Shown here one piece after another: positions 12,851 through 26,991 of a stretch of 64,000 bases of DNA. The notes beneath the pieces were generated by a model. It had not been told where the DNA came from, did no database searches, and saw only the letters and a list, made by a program, of their open reading frames with translations. The position numbers and the translations under genes are program-made. The DNA is from Octopus vulgaris (lineage: Eukaryota): NCBI GenBank assembly GCA_951406725.2, contig OX597831.1, positions 32,984,001 through 33,048,000 on the forward strand, written 5' to 3'. Numbering within the stretch: the stretch's first letter is position 1; each line of letters begins with the position of its first letter.

Positions 12851-13103
12851 TTTTAATCAGCCGCTGCCGAAGAGGCGATGCTTCCAAGTGCGGCTCCTTT
12901 AATGGAGAATGGCAGCAGATACAAGGGAGGCTTCACTGGAACAGGGAACACATAATTAGACATTACAGAACATCGTTTTGTGCGTGTGTGTGTGTGTGTG
13001 TGTGTTTATGTGTTTGCGTCTGCATATAAATGTGTGCTGTGTATGCTTGTCCGTCCGTGTAAGAGAAAACTGGTTACATTCAATTAGAATATGTTTGTGT
13101 GTG

Positions 13104-13162
<59 letters not shown>

Positions 13163-13176
13163 CATCTTTCATTTAT

Positions 13177-13345
13177 CTTTATTTTGCTTGCTTAAGTCAT
13201 TTGATTGCGGCCATACTGGAGTAACGCCTTGAAGGGTTTTACTCGAACGAATCGGTCCTAGTAGTTTTTGTAAGCCTGGAAATTTCTCCACCGATCATTT
13301 GTGCCGAACCGCTAAGTTACAGGCAGGGTGTGGGGGAGGCAAGCA
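13177..13345 (-). mobile_element. SINE family C 3' half
   Basis: AGTCATTTGATTGCGGCCATACTGGAG...GCCGAACCGCTAAGTTAC. Confidence 0.75.
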
Positions 13346-13371
13346 CACACGCGCGCACGTACACACTCATT

Positions 13372-13429
<58 letters not shown>

Positions 13430-13721
13430 GAGTTATCTTCGTCTGTTTTTTTTTTCTTTTTATCTGTGTTGAAGAAACAGCGTAAAAGTTCGCCACCAAG
13501 ATGGCCGGCTTTTTTTTTTATTAATATGGTTTTATATATATTAACATCAAATATAATGTTTTATGTACACAATTGAAAAAGCTATATAGATAGATTATAT
13601 ATTTTCTTGTCAGTTAATTGGTGAGAGTTCTGCGGTGTGTATACAAAGTTATTGTTTAACAATGAAGATTTTATGACTTGAATAAATAATTAAGAATACT
13701 TTATTCTCATGTATGTATATG

Positions 13722-13788
<67 letters not shown>

Positions 13789-13789
13789 G

Positions 13790-14051
13790 ATAATTTAATA
13801 CAGAGAGCCGTGTGAAATGGTTTACCAACAACGAAAAATATTATTGTCACGAAATAGGACTAGGGTGTAGGAAACACCTACATTGCTAGAAATAATAGCT
13901 AAAAAGCTCTAATATTGTAGTTAAAGTAGATAATTGTATACATGTGTACTGATAGGGACCGTGATCGTCCGAAAGCAGCGGTGATTTAACTACAGATTTA
14001 GAACATTTTAGCTCTTATCTCTAGCAATGTAGGTATTCTAACACCCTAGTC
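13790..14051. mobile_element. Fold-back element with a hammerhead-like motif in the spacer
   Basis: Arms ~13858-13926 / ~13984-14051 (GACTAGGGTGT...CCTACATTGCTAGA vs TCTAGCAATGTAGG...ACACCCTAGTC). Spacer contains CTGATAG-GGAC-CGTGATC-GTCC-GAAA at 13949-13974. Confidence 0.65.
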
Positions 14052-14237
14052 ACACGCACAGACATAGGTATATGTGTGTGTGTGTGTTTGTTTGTTTTGG
14101 GTGTATGTGTGTGTATATATATATATTAATGCTTGTTTCTATGTTGAGTTATAATAACAACAATTTTACATTAATCTCGTGAGTTACTCCATACTTTTGT
14201 GGAGTACATATTTATTATTCGTAAACAAGAATATTGA

Positions 14238-14318
14238 TGATAGTGACTTCGAAGTTTCAGTCAGCTAAGCCATTGTCCGACGATGGGTTAGCTGTTCGAA
14301 ACCTTGAAGTCACTGTCA
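14238..14318. repeat. Imperfect 81-bp palindrome
   Basis: 40-bp arms around one central base. The right part, TGTCCGACGA...CGAAAC, resembles the motif at 655-684. Confidence 0.8.
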
Positions 14319-14371
14319 AAATTATTCACATTTTAAGAATAATAATATATGCATTTATGTATGCATGCATA

Positions 14372-14444
<73 letters not shown>

Positions 14445-14445
14445 C

Positions 14446-14479
<34 letters not shown>

Positions 14480-14589
14480 GTTATATATATATACATACCC
14501 TCCTTCTTCCCTTCTTTCCTGAGCGTCCAATAATACTATATTTGTTCCACGTCCTCGCGTTGTGTTCTTTTGTGTTTTCTTGTTTGGAT

Positions 14590-14641
<52 letters not shown>

Positions 14642-14664
14642 ATATGTGTGTGTGTGTATATATG

Positions 14665-14697
<33 letters not shown>

Positions 14698-14796
14698 GTA
14701 TGTATTTATGTACGTATAAATATATATATGTGTGTGTATATATATATATATGTATGTGTATGTATATATATATATATATATATGTATGTATATATT

Positions 14797-14849
<53 letters not shown>

Positions 14850-14944
14850 GTATATATATATATACATATTTATATATATACATATATATACATATATATT
14901 TAGATATACGTGTGTATGTGCAGACACTCACACAGACATGTATG

Positions 14945-15021
<77 letters not shown>

Positions 15022-15146
15022 GGCTAGATAGATAGTTAGCGAGATAGATAGCTAGATAGATAGCTAGATAGATAGCTACATAGATAGCTACATAGATAGC
15101 TAGATAGCTGACTAGATAGCTAGCTAAGATATATAAATATATATAT

Positions 15147-15278
15147 GACAGACTTCTTTCAGTTTCCGTCTACCAAATCCACTCACAAATATTTGGCCGA
15201 CACGAGGCTATAGTAGAAGACCCTTGCCCAAGGTGCCACGTAATGGGACTGAACCCGGAAGCATGTGGTTCGAAAGCA
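15147..15278 (-). mobile_element. SINE family C 5' half
   Basis: CTTCTTTCAGTTTCCGTCTACCAAATCCACTCACAA...GCCCAAGGTGCCACG. Confidence 0.85.
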
Positions 15279-15540
15279 TGTGTGTGTGTGTGTGTGTGTA
15301 CACACACACGCACACACACACACGCACACACACACACGCACACACACGCAAACACACACACACGCACACACACGCACACACACACACATGTAGAAGCTCT
15401 CACATAGAGGCATGCATGGTCCAACTGTTCGAAAGCTGTTCATCTTTATTATTATTATTGTCATTATTTTCCTCCTCCTCCTCTTCCACCTCAACATCAT
15501 CATCATCACCACCACCACGACCACCACCATCATCTATATG

Positions 15541-15595
<55 letters not shown>

Positions 15596-17179
15596 TATAG
15601 TTTACACACATTTATTCATGCATGTGTGTACTTATATTTTCATACACACATACACACACATATGTACAAAAAATATAGGTGTGTATGTATATATATTCAT
15701 GTATTAATGTGAGTATAAATGTATTTATGTATGTTTGTAGTTTCGTATATATATGCATGCATATCTGTCTGTCTGTATATGTGTATGTATGCACGTATAT
15801 ATATATTTATATACGTATTAAAATTCGCCCTGAAACCAAATGTAACTATTATCTCGTTCTCACCTGCTGCCATGTTTTCGACCGCTTCTGTCATGTTGAA
15901 ACACATAAAAAAACACGCATTCTTTCACATCCATACACATGGTCTTACATCCTATTTTCTATCTGTTTAACAACTTCATTCAAATGAAGGACCTCATTAA
16001 ATTGAATATTAAACAGTTGATCAAACATACCCATTGCCTTCATTTGAAATTCAATCAAATTTTTATGGGGAAACTGGCGCTAAAATTCACTTAGGTTTTC
16101 TTTTTAAAAAGCGAGGTGGGAGGATGAAAGGAAGGGAGAATAAATAACTAAATAAATAAATAAATATTGATTGTAAAAATTCTGTCGTCTGCTTTGTGGT
16201 TTTTTTTAAAGTTCTTTAATTATATCTCGCTTCTATCTTTATTTATTTATTGCATTGTTCATCTTTTAAAACTCAATCATCCAGTTAGCTGATGCATTTC
16301 ACATCTCTGTGACGAAAGAAAAAAAAAATACAATACAGAGACACACATATATACAAAAATATAACTCATTCATGTATTTTTTTTATTAAAATTTAATTTG
16401 TTTTATTTTTCCTCCTTCCCCAATAACTTCTTCTTACAATATCTTTTTTTCTTTTTGTTTCCATTTGAAAATTCTTTAATTAATTCATTCTATTAGTTCC
16501 TTCATTTTTAATATTTAAAACACAAATATTTATTTATTTATTTCATATTATTCAAGTGAAAAATCTTGTATCGTCTGCTTTGATACTCATTTGTTCTTAT
16601 TTTGCAACATGCTTTTTGTTTTACATTATCTATCTGTCCATTCGTTCTTACATTTGTTCGCAAAACTAATTCTTTCACTCTCATCAGTTAAATTCGTCCC
16701 TTCTTCTTTCCTGTCTTCTTTTTATTCTTTCCTTCCTCTCTCCCTTTATACCTTCATTCTATTAATTCGTTTATTCAGCCATTCATCAATTCCTGTTCTT
16801 TTTTCATTTAGCTTTATTTATTTTTCCCTTTTAAAACACTATTCTCATGTTCGTTATCTTAATTAAATTGTACAATCTAATGTATTCTTCCATTATTTAA
16901 CAAACAAGAATGTGCTTTGAGGGAGTTTTGCTGCTCTTTCTAGCAGGTCGGGGGACTACGTGTTTCTTTAACGATAAAAACTTTTTCAATTCTTCTTTAT
17001 ATTTATATATTTATCAAAATTCGTTTTCATCTTTCAAATATATCATTTCATTTCATTCTATATGTTCACTTATTTATTCAGATTTTTCCTTTAAAACCCA
17101 ATCGTATTTCCTTCTTCAATTCGTTCAAAGTATCTCGTTCATGTATTTTATGTGGAAATTCATTCCTCGTTTTTCATTT

Positions 17180-17990
17180 TAACGTATTTAACTGTTCATC
17201 TTTCTTAGTAAGATGTCTCAGTTAAACAGTTATCTGGCAATGTTTAACAGTTAGTTTTTCATATTACAACAGTTACTTGTTTTTAACAGTTATTTTTGTT
17301 TGAAAAGTAATATTTTGTTCATGTAATTCATCCACGTTTAACAGTTATTTGCTAATGTTTAAAAGTTATCTTTTCCTGTTCAACAGTTATTTGTCAATGG
17401 TTAACAGTTATTTTTGGACTTTTAACAGTTATTTATCCACGTTCTACAGTTACATCTTCATATCTGACAGCCATTTTCCACGTTTAAAAGTTATTTATGT
17501 TTAGCGGTTATTTTCTTGTGTTTAAAAGTTTTCTCTCTCTATATAAACGGCAGTTTGTCTGTGCGTGTTTCTGTGTGTCTGTTTGCTTGTACCCTCACCC
17601 TGACCACGGCTTTCAACCGATTCTGATGAAACTTGATACACACATAGCCCAATGTCATAATTCAAAACTAACGCAGCGAAAATTTTGAAAAGTTCCCCCA
17701 GTTCTGAAAAAAATCGATAAATTCGACATGGGGTCGAGAATCAGAAACACAAACCACAAACTGTCTAGGGGATGCAACTCCACCTTTTTTAACTCTCAAA
17801 AAAAATTTACCATCATTTTTTTCCATTTTTTTGCTATTTTTTGGCTATAACTCTCTAAAAATGCTTTATAGTTATTTCCCTTACAAACCTGAGCAACGCC
17901 GGGCGATACTGCTAGTCTACTATATTTAACAGTTATCTGTCCACGTTTAGCAGTTAGTTGTTCATGTTTAACAGTCATCTTTTTAACAGT
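17180..17990. repeat. Degenerate ~20-bp minisatellite (core TTTAACAGTTAT), interrupted by a Helitron
   Basis: More than 15 spaced AACAGTTA-like cores at 17180-17530 and 17920-17990. Confidence 0.75.
17532..17915 (+). mobile_element. Non-autonomous Helitron
   Basis: 5' TCTCTCTCTATATAAACGGC. 3' GC-rich subterminal motif GCAACGCCGGG, then CTAG|T. No TSD. Termini shared with 55788-56019. Confidence 0.8.
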
Positions 17991-18559
17991 GACATGTTGT
18001 TCATCGGTTTACTTGATTTTTCTTATTTGTATATTACGACATCCAGTAGTTATTTGTTGTTCAGAAATCTTTGATTTATATCCAACTACACATGTAGTTT
18101 CAATCTTCGCTATTTTTAACGAAAATTAGTTATATGGAGATTGGGAAATATATAACAGAGTTTTAAACCATTAATTCAGAAGATATCGGCGATTGTCAGA
18201 AGAAAGGTTTACATGCGTACACATATATAATATACGTACATGCATAAACTCCTAGAAAAGACTGAGTTTCCTTCAAAGATTCTTCGCTTCTCCATCTGAT
18301 GAGGTGGACGAATTGTACACACACAAGACTTACAGTAATGTGTAGCTAAGTCAAATTGTTACTAAAAATATATGCAACACTTATCAAAATAAATATGTTG
18401 AACACTATTTTCTTCCATTTATTCACTCACACGTGTGTGTGTGTGTGTATATGTTTAAGTACATATAAATATGCGTGTGTATGTGTGTGTGTATTTATTA
18501 TAACTATATTTATCCAATGCTATATATATATATATATATATATATATGTAAAAAGTAAA

Positions 18560-18707
18560 AAATATATACAAACTGGGACAAGAACGTGAAACACCTAGAA
18601 GACGACACAAGAACCACAGGACGGGACATTCGAAGCCCTCAGTCATCAGTCAAGAACCGGATCATCTTCGCAATTTCGGCTGATTAATCTTGAGATTGCT
18701 CCGACCA
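18560..18707 (+). repeat. Dispersed repeat family E (copy 2)
   Basis: Homology to 11160-11277. (TA)n flanks. Confidence 0.85.
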
Positions 18708-18717
18708 TATCTATCTA

Positions 18718-18752
<35 letters not shown>

Positions 18753-18768
18753 GCTATATATATGTATG

Positions 18769-18815
<47 letters not shown>

Positions 18816-19298
18816 TTATATGTATGTATATAACTATCCATCCATCCATCCATCCATCCAATCCTCTATGTATCTGTCTATCATACATATATACATGCCT
18901 GCAATGTATTTATTTACTTAAAAATATTACAAATTATTTAAGCAGCAAGACTAACGAAAATAATGTATGGAAGCGTATTTATGCATTAATAGAATACTGA
19001 CACATCTCTGTAAATTAGCAAACATCTGAGTCTGTTATGTTAGAAGTGGATGGTTGGGGCTTCCATCCATCCATCTTGTTCAACGTACCGCAGTTTATAT
19101 TTTATTACAGTAATTTTTATTGGAGAGATAATTAGCGTAATTGCAGCTGCTGCTGCTGCTGCTGCCATCGCCCCCTGCTGCCACCGCTACCACTGCTACT
19201 ACCGATGTTAGAACTGTTAGCTGGTGTTGGTGTTACAACATAACTACAGATATCCCAGAGTGTGTTACAATGGCAGCTGAGCTTTTACAAACATGTGT

Positions 19299-19329
<31 letters not shown>

Positions 19330-19665
19330 AAAGCACACACACAAGCACACACGCACTCTCACACACACATACAAACACAAACACAAACACACACACGCAC
19401 ACACATACATATACACACAATGCATATACATAATACATGCACAAACACGCGCACACACATCTACACACACATACACACACTCCTACATGCAAGTATACAT
19501 ACAACCACAACATGCATATTTTCATATATGTTAATATCTACACAAATATGAGTATGTGGGAATATATGTGTGTAATATATATATATATATATATATACAT
19601 ACACACACATTCATATGTGTGAAAATGCTGTATAATGTGTGATTGTATGTATATGTGTATGCATG

Positions 19666-19696
<31 letters not shown>

Positions 19697-20885
19697 ATGT
19701 GTATGTGTGTGTGTGTGTGTGTGTGTATGTATATATGTATATTGTTTACTGTTGCGAAGTTTATTTTTGAATCTAAGCCGTTACCTCATAATTCAGTTAT
19801 AATCTTAAGTGGGTATAGGTCGTAGTTCCTCATTCGCCGGCAGATTGGATCAAATTAGAATGCCTTGTTATGTTTAGTGAGTTAGGCATTTCACTAGGTT
19901 ATGTAACAGGCACAACCGAGCCAGACAACTGCGCTTTCGCGGTAAGCGTTGTGTAAAGACATATGGATATTTATACCTAGTTTCCAAACCCAGAACGTAT
20001 AAAACTAGTGTGTTATATAGAGATAATGGGTTCGGTTCTTGTCAGTTCAATCAGTTTGTAATCTTCTTTTAATCTAAAATTGGTGTGTACAATGCACAAT
20101 CTTATCTACAACGAAAATGCATATTTATATCTACATAGAAGTGTAGGTGGGAATAAGCCGGTGGTGCTTAAAAGAGAGCTAAAATAGTGAAGATCAAGTT
20201 TCAGGGTGGCCATTAAAGGTACAAGAAGGTGGATAAAGGTGAGTTGACATAGAACAGAGAATAGTAGAGGCTCTGATAGTGTATGGTGAGAGTGAAGGAT
20301 TGTTGGAGATGGGGAATGAACGAAAGCGGAAGACATTAAAGCAAGGATTGAGGACCGGTTCATGATGAATGGACGAAGGAAAGGCAGGGGAGAGTAGGTG
20401 ATGACTGTACAGATTGGGTAGAATTGAAGGGTAGAAATATTAAAGAATGTTGACAAGGATGGAGAGGTGGTCTATAATTTTGTTGAATATTAACTGCTAT
20501 CCGTACGATAGATCTCCCCTCTCTAGGGCAAAGGGAGGGTAGACAAGAAACGATACAGCCTGGGCGCATTGTTATCGCAGATAAATCCAGAGCGTAAAGA
20601 GTTAGAATAAATATCGCAATGACTTTTGTCCAACATTCTAATACTTCTGGCAATACATCGCTTCAGAACCATAGTTTGAGCTTCTAAGAAGTTAAAGTGT
20701 AAACGTGCGCTTATAAATATTACGTCATTTTATCTAAACCGGAACGGATGTTTTTCGCGTTCATATTTGATTTTTTTTTTTGCGTTTCTACAATATTTTT
20801 TACTTTCAATCATTCTCGAACTGGATGGGCATATAACAACAAACCAACCGACACAAAAAATATCTTGTGAGTCTTCTTTATCAAT

Positions 20886-20930
20886 GTACCTGAAGAGACC
20901 CGGACTGATAGGTCGAAACATATGTCGTAC
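20886..20930 (+). ncRNA. Minimal type I hammerhead ribozyme
   Basis: GTAC-CTGAAGA-GACC-CGGACTGATA-GGTC-GAAA-C-ATAT-GTC-GTAC: all core nucleotides present, 4-bp stems I and II, palindromic stem III ACATATGT. AATAAA at 20933, then (TA)n. Confidence 0.85.
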
Positions 20931-20989
20931 CTAATAAAAGTCTAATAAGAAATCCATCTCCTACTATCAATTAATCATATATATATAAC

Positions 20990-21180
20990 TAGTTTCAGTA
21001 ATTGGACTGTGGCCTTGCTGGGTTTGCTGAGGCACCCACTGAGAGGCTTAGTCGAACGAGGCGACCCTAGTGCAAATTAAGCCGAATATTTTGTCAAACC
21101 GCTAAGTTATGGGGATGTAAACGAACCAGCAACGGCGGTCAAACGATGGTGGGGGACAAATACGAACACATATGCATATG
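20990..21180 (-). mobile_element. Degenerate SINE family C 3' half
   Basis: GTTTCAGTAATTGGACTGTGGCC...CCGCTAAGTTATGGGGATGTAAAC. Confidence 0.7.
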
Positions 21181-21317
21181 ATGGTGGTTTCTTGTAGTTC
21201 AGGATAGACGGTGTTGCAATTTCTTGTTGAACAACCTCCACAAAGGGTTTATTCGTGGCGATCAAGTGCATGCGTTGTACATTAATCTCTCTCTCTCTCT
21301 CTCCTTCCATCGAATTG

Positions 21318-21495
21318 ATGTGACCCGGCATAGGTGCACGGTGTACTGCTTTACGTCAGGTGTAGAAGTGGTCGCAGAGCAGCGTGAGATGATATACTTT
21401 GATCAAGAGCATTGCGTACCGCCCGCGTCCGAGAATGAAACCACGGTCTCGCGATCGCGTTGCCACTCTATAACCACTGGACCACGCGCCCTCAC
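21318..21495 (-). mobile_element. Old tRNA-derived SINE
   Basis: Minus-strand head GTGAGGGCGCGTGGTCCAGTGGTTA with a degenerate B box. Confidence 0.55.
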
Positions 21496-22143
21496 ACATA
21501 CACAAATACATACATTCATACACTCCCATAAATATTATTTATACACACATCATACTAAATATAAAATAAAGTATCTCGAGTCTATCCTCATCAGGACATA
21601 ATCTCTCTGGAATCTCCCTGCTAGCTGTTTCTTTCTCACCTGCAGATATTGACCCTCAACGATTTAAACATACCATTAATGACATCAAGCACACCGTTGT
21701 TGGTGGGGGTAGGGTCTACAAAGGTTAAGGGCTTTGTTCCTTCTAGTATCAGCAAGTATAAATTATGTTATCTTCCTGGAAAGGATGCTAGACTATCTTG
21801 GTTAACTTCCCTTGATAATCTGGTGAAGTAGGACAACTAAATTAATATGGAATAAAAAAACAGCAGAGAGAGACTTGCTACTGATTTGAACTCGCAACCT
21901 TTAGTCTTTCATTTTGCCTACTTTGATTTCCGTCTCTTTTGATCGAGTTAAATCTCTATTTTCCTCTCTTTTTGCTTCTTCATTCCTGTCTGTCTGTTTG
22001 TCTGACATTCTCTCACCTCTGTTTGTGCGTGCGTGTGTGTGTGTGTCTATGTGTGTGTGTGTGTGTGTGTATACAAAAAGAAATACGTGCATACATTCAT
22101 GCTTTCAAGCATAAACATGAATTTATACACACACACGCATATG

Positions 22144-22192
<49 letters not shown>

Positions 22193-22899
22193 GGATGAAA
22201 CACGTGTGTATGTATGCACATATATATGCAATTGTGTGCACACATATATATATAAACATTTATATATATATATATGCACATGCGTGTTATTCGCAATCCA
22301 TACACATATACACGCATGTGTGTGTGTGTGTGTGAGTGTGTTTGTGTGAGTATGTACGTGTGTGCACGCGTGTATGTGTGTGTGTGTGTATGTGTGTGTG
22401 TGTGTGTGTGTGTGAAAGGATCAATTTCTTTTTTATATCTTATAACAACAACAGCCACCGAAGAATATAGAAAATAAAGATTACCATTTTATGGATTTCA
22501 TCACCTTTGTCGCCTTCCCGCCTCCCCGCCAAAACCACCAACATATCTACCCCTTCTCTCTCTCTCTCTTTCTTTCGCTCCCTCTCTCCCTCTCTCCACA
22601 CACACACACACACACACACACACTTGTTCCTTATTGTAGTATCGGTCATCTGTAATGTTTGACACCCAGCTCAAGAAGTTATGGCACCGCTCAATGTGAG
22701 ATTTGACACTCAACCCAACACCTTCAGATATCTCACCCTATAACAACACGTACACACATGCGTACACACACACACACATACACACACACACATACATACA
22801 TCCATACATACATCCATACACACATACTCATGCACACACATATTTACATATATATATAAGCATATATATATATACTTATGTACATTTACATATATACAT

Positions 22900-22957
<58 letters not shown>

Positions 22958-23789
22958 ACATATATGTGTGTATGAATATGTATGTCTCTGTACATGTGTC
23001 TTTATTGGTTACCTTCTTCTTCTCTTTCTTCCCTCCTCCTCTTTCTCTTCCTCTATCTCCTCCTCTTCCTCTACCTCCTCCGTCTTCCTCTACCTCCTCC
23101 GTCTCCCTCTCTTTTGTGTAACATCTTCGCTGTGTCCTTCCTCTTCTGTCTCCTCTTGTCTCACTTCCTCTGTTCGATTCGGAAGAAAGCAAGAAAAGAA
23201 AGAAGAGAAAGAAAGTAGCAAAGAAAGAAAGAAAAAAAGAAAAAAGAAAGGAAGAAAGAAGGAAAGAAGGAAAGAAAGAAAGGAGAGAAAGAAAGGAACA
23301 AAAAAACAAACAAAAAGAAACAAAAGAAAGAAAGAAGGAAAGAAAGAAAGAAAGAAAGAAAGAAGGAAAGAAAGCAAGATAGAAAGGAAGGAAGCTGGGG
23401 ATTTTGGAAATATTTTTGTTTCCCATCTTTGAAGGATTCTGTAGGAAGGAATTTTCACACTAGAAGTGAAGAGTAAAAGTGTGCGTCTGGCAGTGAGGAT
23501 GATGGTGGCGGTGTTGTTGTGGTGGTGTCGCTGTGTAGCAGTTATGTTGTAGTAGAGGAGTTTGTATTAATGGCGTCGAAATTCTTGCAATGTGGCTGTT
23601 GAAGTGGTAGTATTGTAGTCCTCTTGGTGTTGTTGTTGTTGTTACGGTGGTAGTCTAATAGTGGTAGTGGTGGAAGTATAGTAGTAGTAGTGGTAGTGGT
23701 TGTAGTGGTGGTGGTAGTATTGTAGTAGTAGTTGTAGTAGTGGTGGTGATGGTAGTGGTAGTGGTGGTAGTGGTGGTGGTGGTAGTAGC

Positions 23790-23822
<33 letters not shown>

Positions 23823-24753
23823 TGTTGTTGTAGTGGTAGTGGTAGTAGAAATGTTGGTGGTTGAGCCGGCTTTTGTTGGGATTCATGCTAGTATTGGCGG
23901 TAGTGTTGCTGTTGGTGGTGTTGTGGTACTCGTGATGATAGTAGTGAAGGTAGATAATAATAATAATAATAATAATGGTGTTGTTAAACGTATGAGAATT
24001 CCGTCCGTGACCATCCTGTTTGTTTTTTCTTTTTTTTTTTTTGGCGAGTCTCAACGACACAGTATATTTAAAAAAACAAAACGTATACTTTCTTTTAAGA
24101 AACTAGAGGGAAATTTGGCTGTTATTTCTAGTTGGTGTCTCGATCATCCGTTGGTATGTTGATGTTGATGGCGGTGGTTGAGGCGTCGGTGGAAACGACG
24201 GCCATGTTGAGGAGTTTGCGTTGGTGACGAGAATTATGATAGCAATATTGAAAGACAATAGCATGCGATGGTGTTGGTGGTGATGGTGGTGGTGGTGATG
24301 GGCCAGTGTGGAACGGAGCTGTGAAGAAATAAAGCATTGATTGATAAGGAGGTGAGGTTGTGGGTGGGTGGGTGGGGGGGAGAGGATTTATTGGTAAAAT
24401 AGTAAACTAGAGGGCGTTGTGGTAGACACAGAGTGAAAAATCATTGATGTTGTCACATAACAAGGTCATCGCTTAACTATGTGACTAAGGAGTCGAAGAA
24501 CTTGACGAATCTCGCACAGGTCTTCTTCAACGATTTCATCTATCTGTTTGTCTGTCTGTCTGTCTGTTTATCTGCCTGCCTGCCTGCCTGTCTGTCTGAC
24601 TGTCTGTTTGTCTGACTGTCTATCCAGTTATCTATCGTCGTTTACTATGTATGTATGTATGTATGTATGTATGTATGTATGCATGTATGTATGTATGCAT
24701 GTATGTATGTATGTATGTGTGTGTGTATGTATGTATTTATATGTGTATGTATG

Positions 24754-24804
<51 letters not shown>

Positions 24805-25643
24805 GCACACACATAAATATATATATACATTTTTTGCGTATCTCTCTACCAATGCATTTAACTCTCTAATTTTAAACCTATTAATTAAACAACCAATTAA
24901 TTACTTTATTGATTGCCTCTCCCTCACTCTCTCTCCCTCTCCTTCTCTCTCTCTCTCTCTCTGTCACTCGATAACTATATGCGCGTGTGAGTGTGTGTAT
25001 GTATACCTATATATATAAATATGTGTGTGTGTGTCTCTGTGTGTGTGTGTGTATGTATAAATATGCATATATATGCATATATATGTATAGATAGGGGTAT
25101 ATATGTGTGTGTTGTTGATCTTGGTAGCTTTGAACGAACAAAAGTGCGATTTGCGACTGATCAATAACTGTATTTGACAGAGGCGAAGCGGGAAATATCA
25201 GTGAAATTGGAAGAAGATGGGTGTGATTGGAGGGGAAGGTGTGGAGGTGAAGGGGATTATTTGTGTTGAGAATATGGATGGAGGATGTGTGTGTGTGTAC
25301 GCGTGTTTGTACGTGTGTGTGTGTGTGTCTCTGTTATTGTGTAGAGAGTGAGAGAGTCGATATGCCGATAGATAAACCATTCTTCTCTGATCTGTCACCC
25401 AGAAATGTCTCCGAGTTGTGTTGGTATTTATATCAACGATCCAATATCTGTACATGTAAATATGTGTGTACGTATGTGAGTGTCTACGGATATATGGATA
25501 TGTGTGTGTGTGTGTGTGTGTATACATTTACATGTATTTGTCTATAAGTATATATAATTTGATATATGTGTATCTGTCTGTCTATCTGTCTATCTTTCAT
25601 TATCTAGCTATCTGTCTGTCTGTTTCTCTGACTGTCTGTCTGC

Positions 25644-25731
<88 letters not shown>

Positions 25732-25846
25732 TTGTCTGTCTGTCTGTCTGTCTATCTGTCTATCTATATATCCATCCATCTATCTGTCCGTCTATCTGTG
25801 TATCTGTCTGTCTATCTATATACATCTTTTCAGTTTGTGTGTGTAT

Positions 25847-25877
<31 letters not shown>

Positions 25878-26697
25878 AGTGTGTGTGTGTGTGTGTGTAC
25901 ATAATGCATTAGTAAGTTTGTAAGAGTTATTGCGTGCAAAAAAATACTACAAAATAAATAAAAAACAAGATTCAATGACGTCAGAATCATAACTATTTCA
26001 TTTATTAGATTACAGATCCGTTTTACGGTTTTAAGTTAATCAAAGGTTTATGTCTGCTCTTTACATGGAAATGGCTGAGTTATCGATGGTATTTGTCATT
26101 AAGGGCCATCAGTTTATTAACTTCCTGCTTGACTTGCATTAAGGATAGTGGTCGGTATACGTCTGATGTTTCGGTTTTTCTGGTTCATGGCTGCTTTTGA
26201 GTTCACAAAGAATTTGTTCTTGTGGCGACACGTAGAAATTAGCTCTGATTTTCTGTTATGGTTCTCCTTTTAGAGAGGAATGAAGTATTTTTCACTTAAT
26301 TGTGGGTTGTGTAATACCGAAATTACTGTATTGTTGCCAAAATAACGGTAACTTTATACAGGCGATAAGATTTAATTTCATTCAATTCAGTACCTACAGT
26401 TTTATCGAGATAGGCTAAGAATAAACATTTGAGAGATGGAAGGTCTGTGCACCAGAGACGTATATATAAGAGACAAAGTTTTTGTGCGTATGTTTGTGTG
26501 TGTGTGATGAATGCATGTATATTCGCATGTTTGCGTATGTTTATTGAGAAAATAGCTAACAATTCACATATCACGCTTCGTAGTGTACGTACACCCCTTC
26601 CCTCCTGCCCGCATTCCCATCACCCCTCCTCTCCCTCTCTCTTAATATATATATACATATATATACTTGTATATATATATATATACACACACATATT

Positions 26698-26746
<49 letters not shown>

Positions 26747-26928
26747 GTGTGTATATATATATATATATCAAATATATGTAATATATGTATGACACTCGTA
26801 TATATATACCAATATGTGTATGTATGCATATATGTATATAAATGTGTGTATATATATATATATATATATACAGTATATATGTATATCTATTTTTCAATAT
26901 TATATATCTACAAATATAAAATATGCCT

Positions 26929-26991
<63 letters not shown>

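Noticed and set aside
17180-17990. Regularly spaced AACAGTTA cores with variable spacers
   Set aside because: The core is too short and degenerate for CRISPR. It is a decayed minisatellite.
18296-18320. CTGATGA...GAA hammerhead-like string (also isolated GAAACAGCTGT at ~9850 and ~40163)
   Set aside because: Core incomplete and stems absent. At most decayed remnants, so not called.
20106-20653. Non-repetitive minus-strand ORFs of 116 and 97 aa
   Set aside because: No recognisable domain. Possibly a decayed retroelement body, but unsupported without a search.
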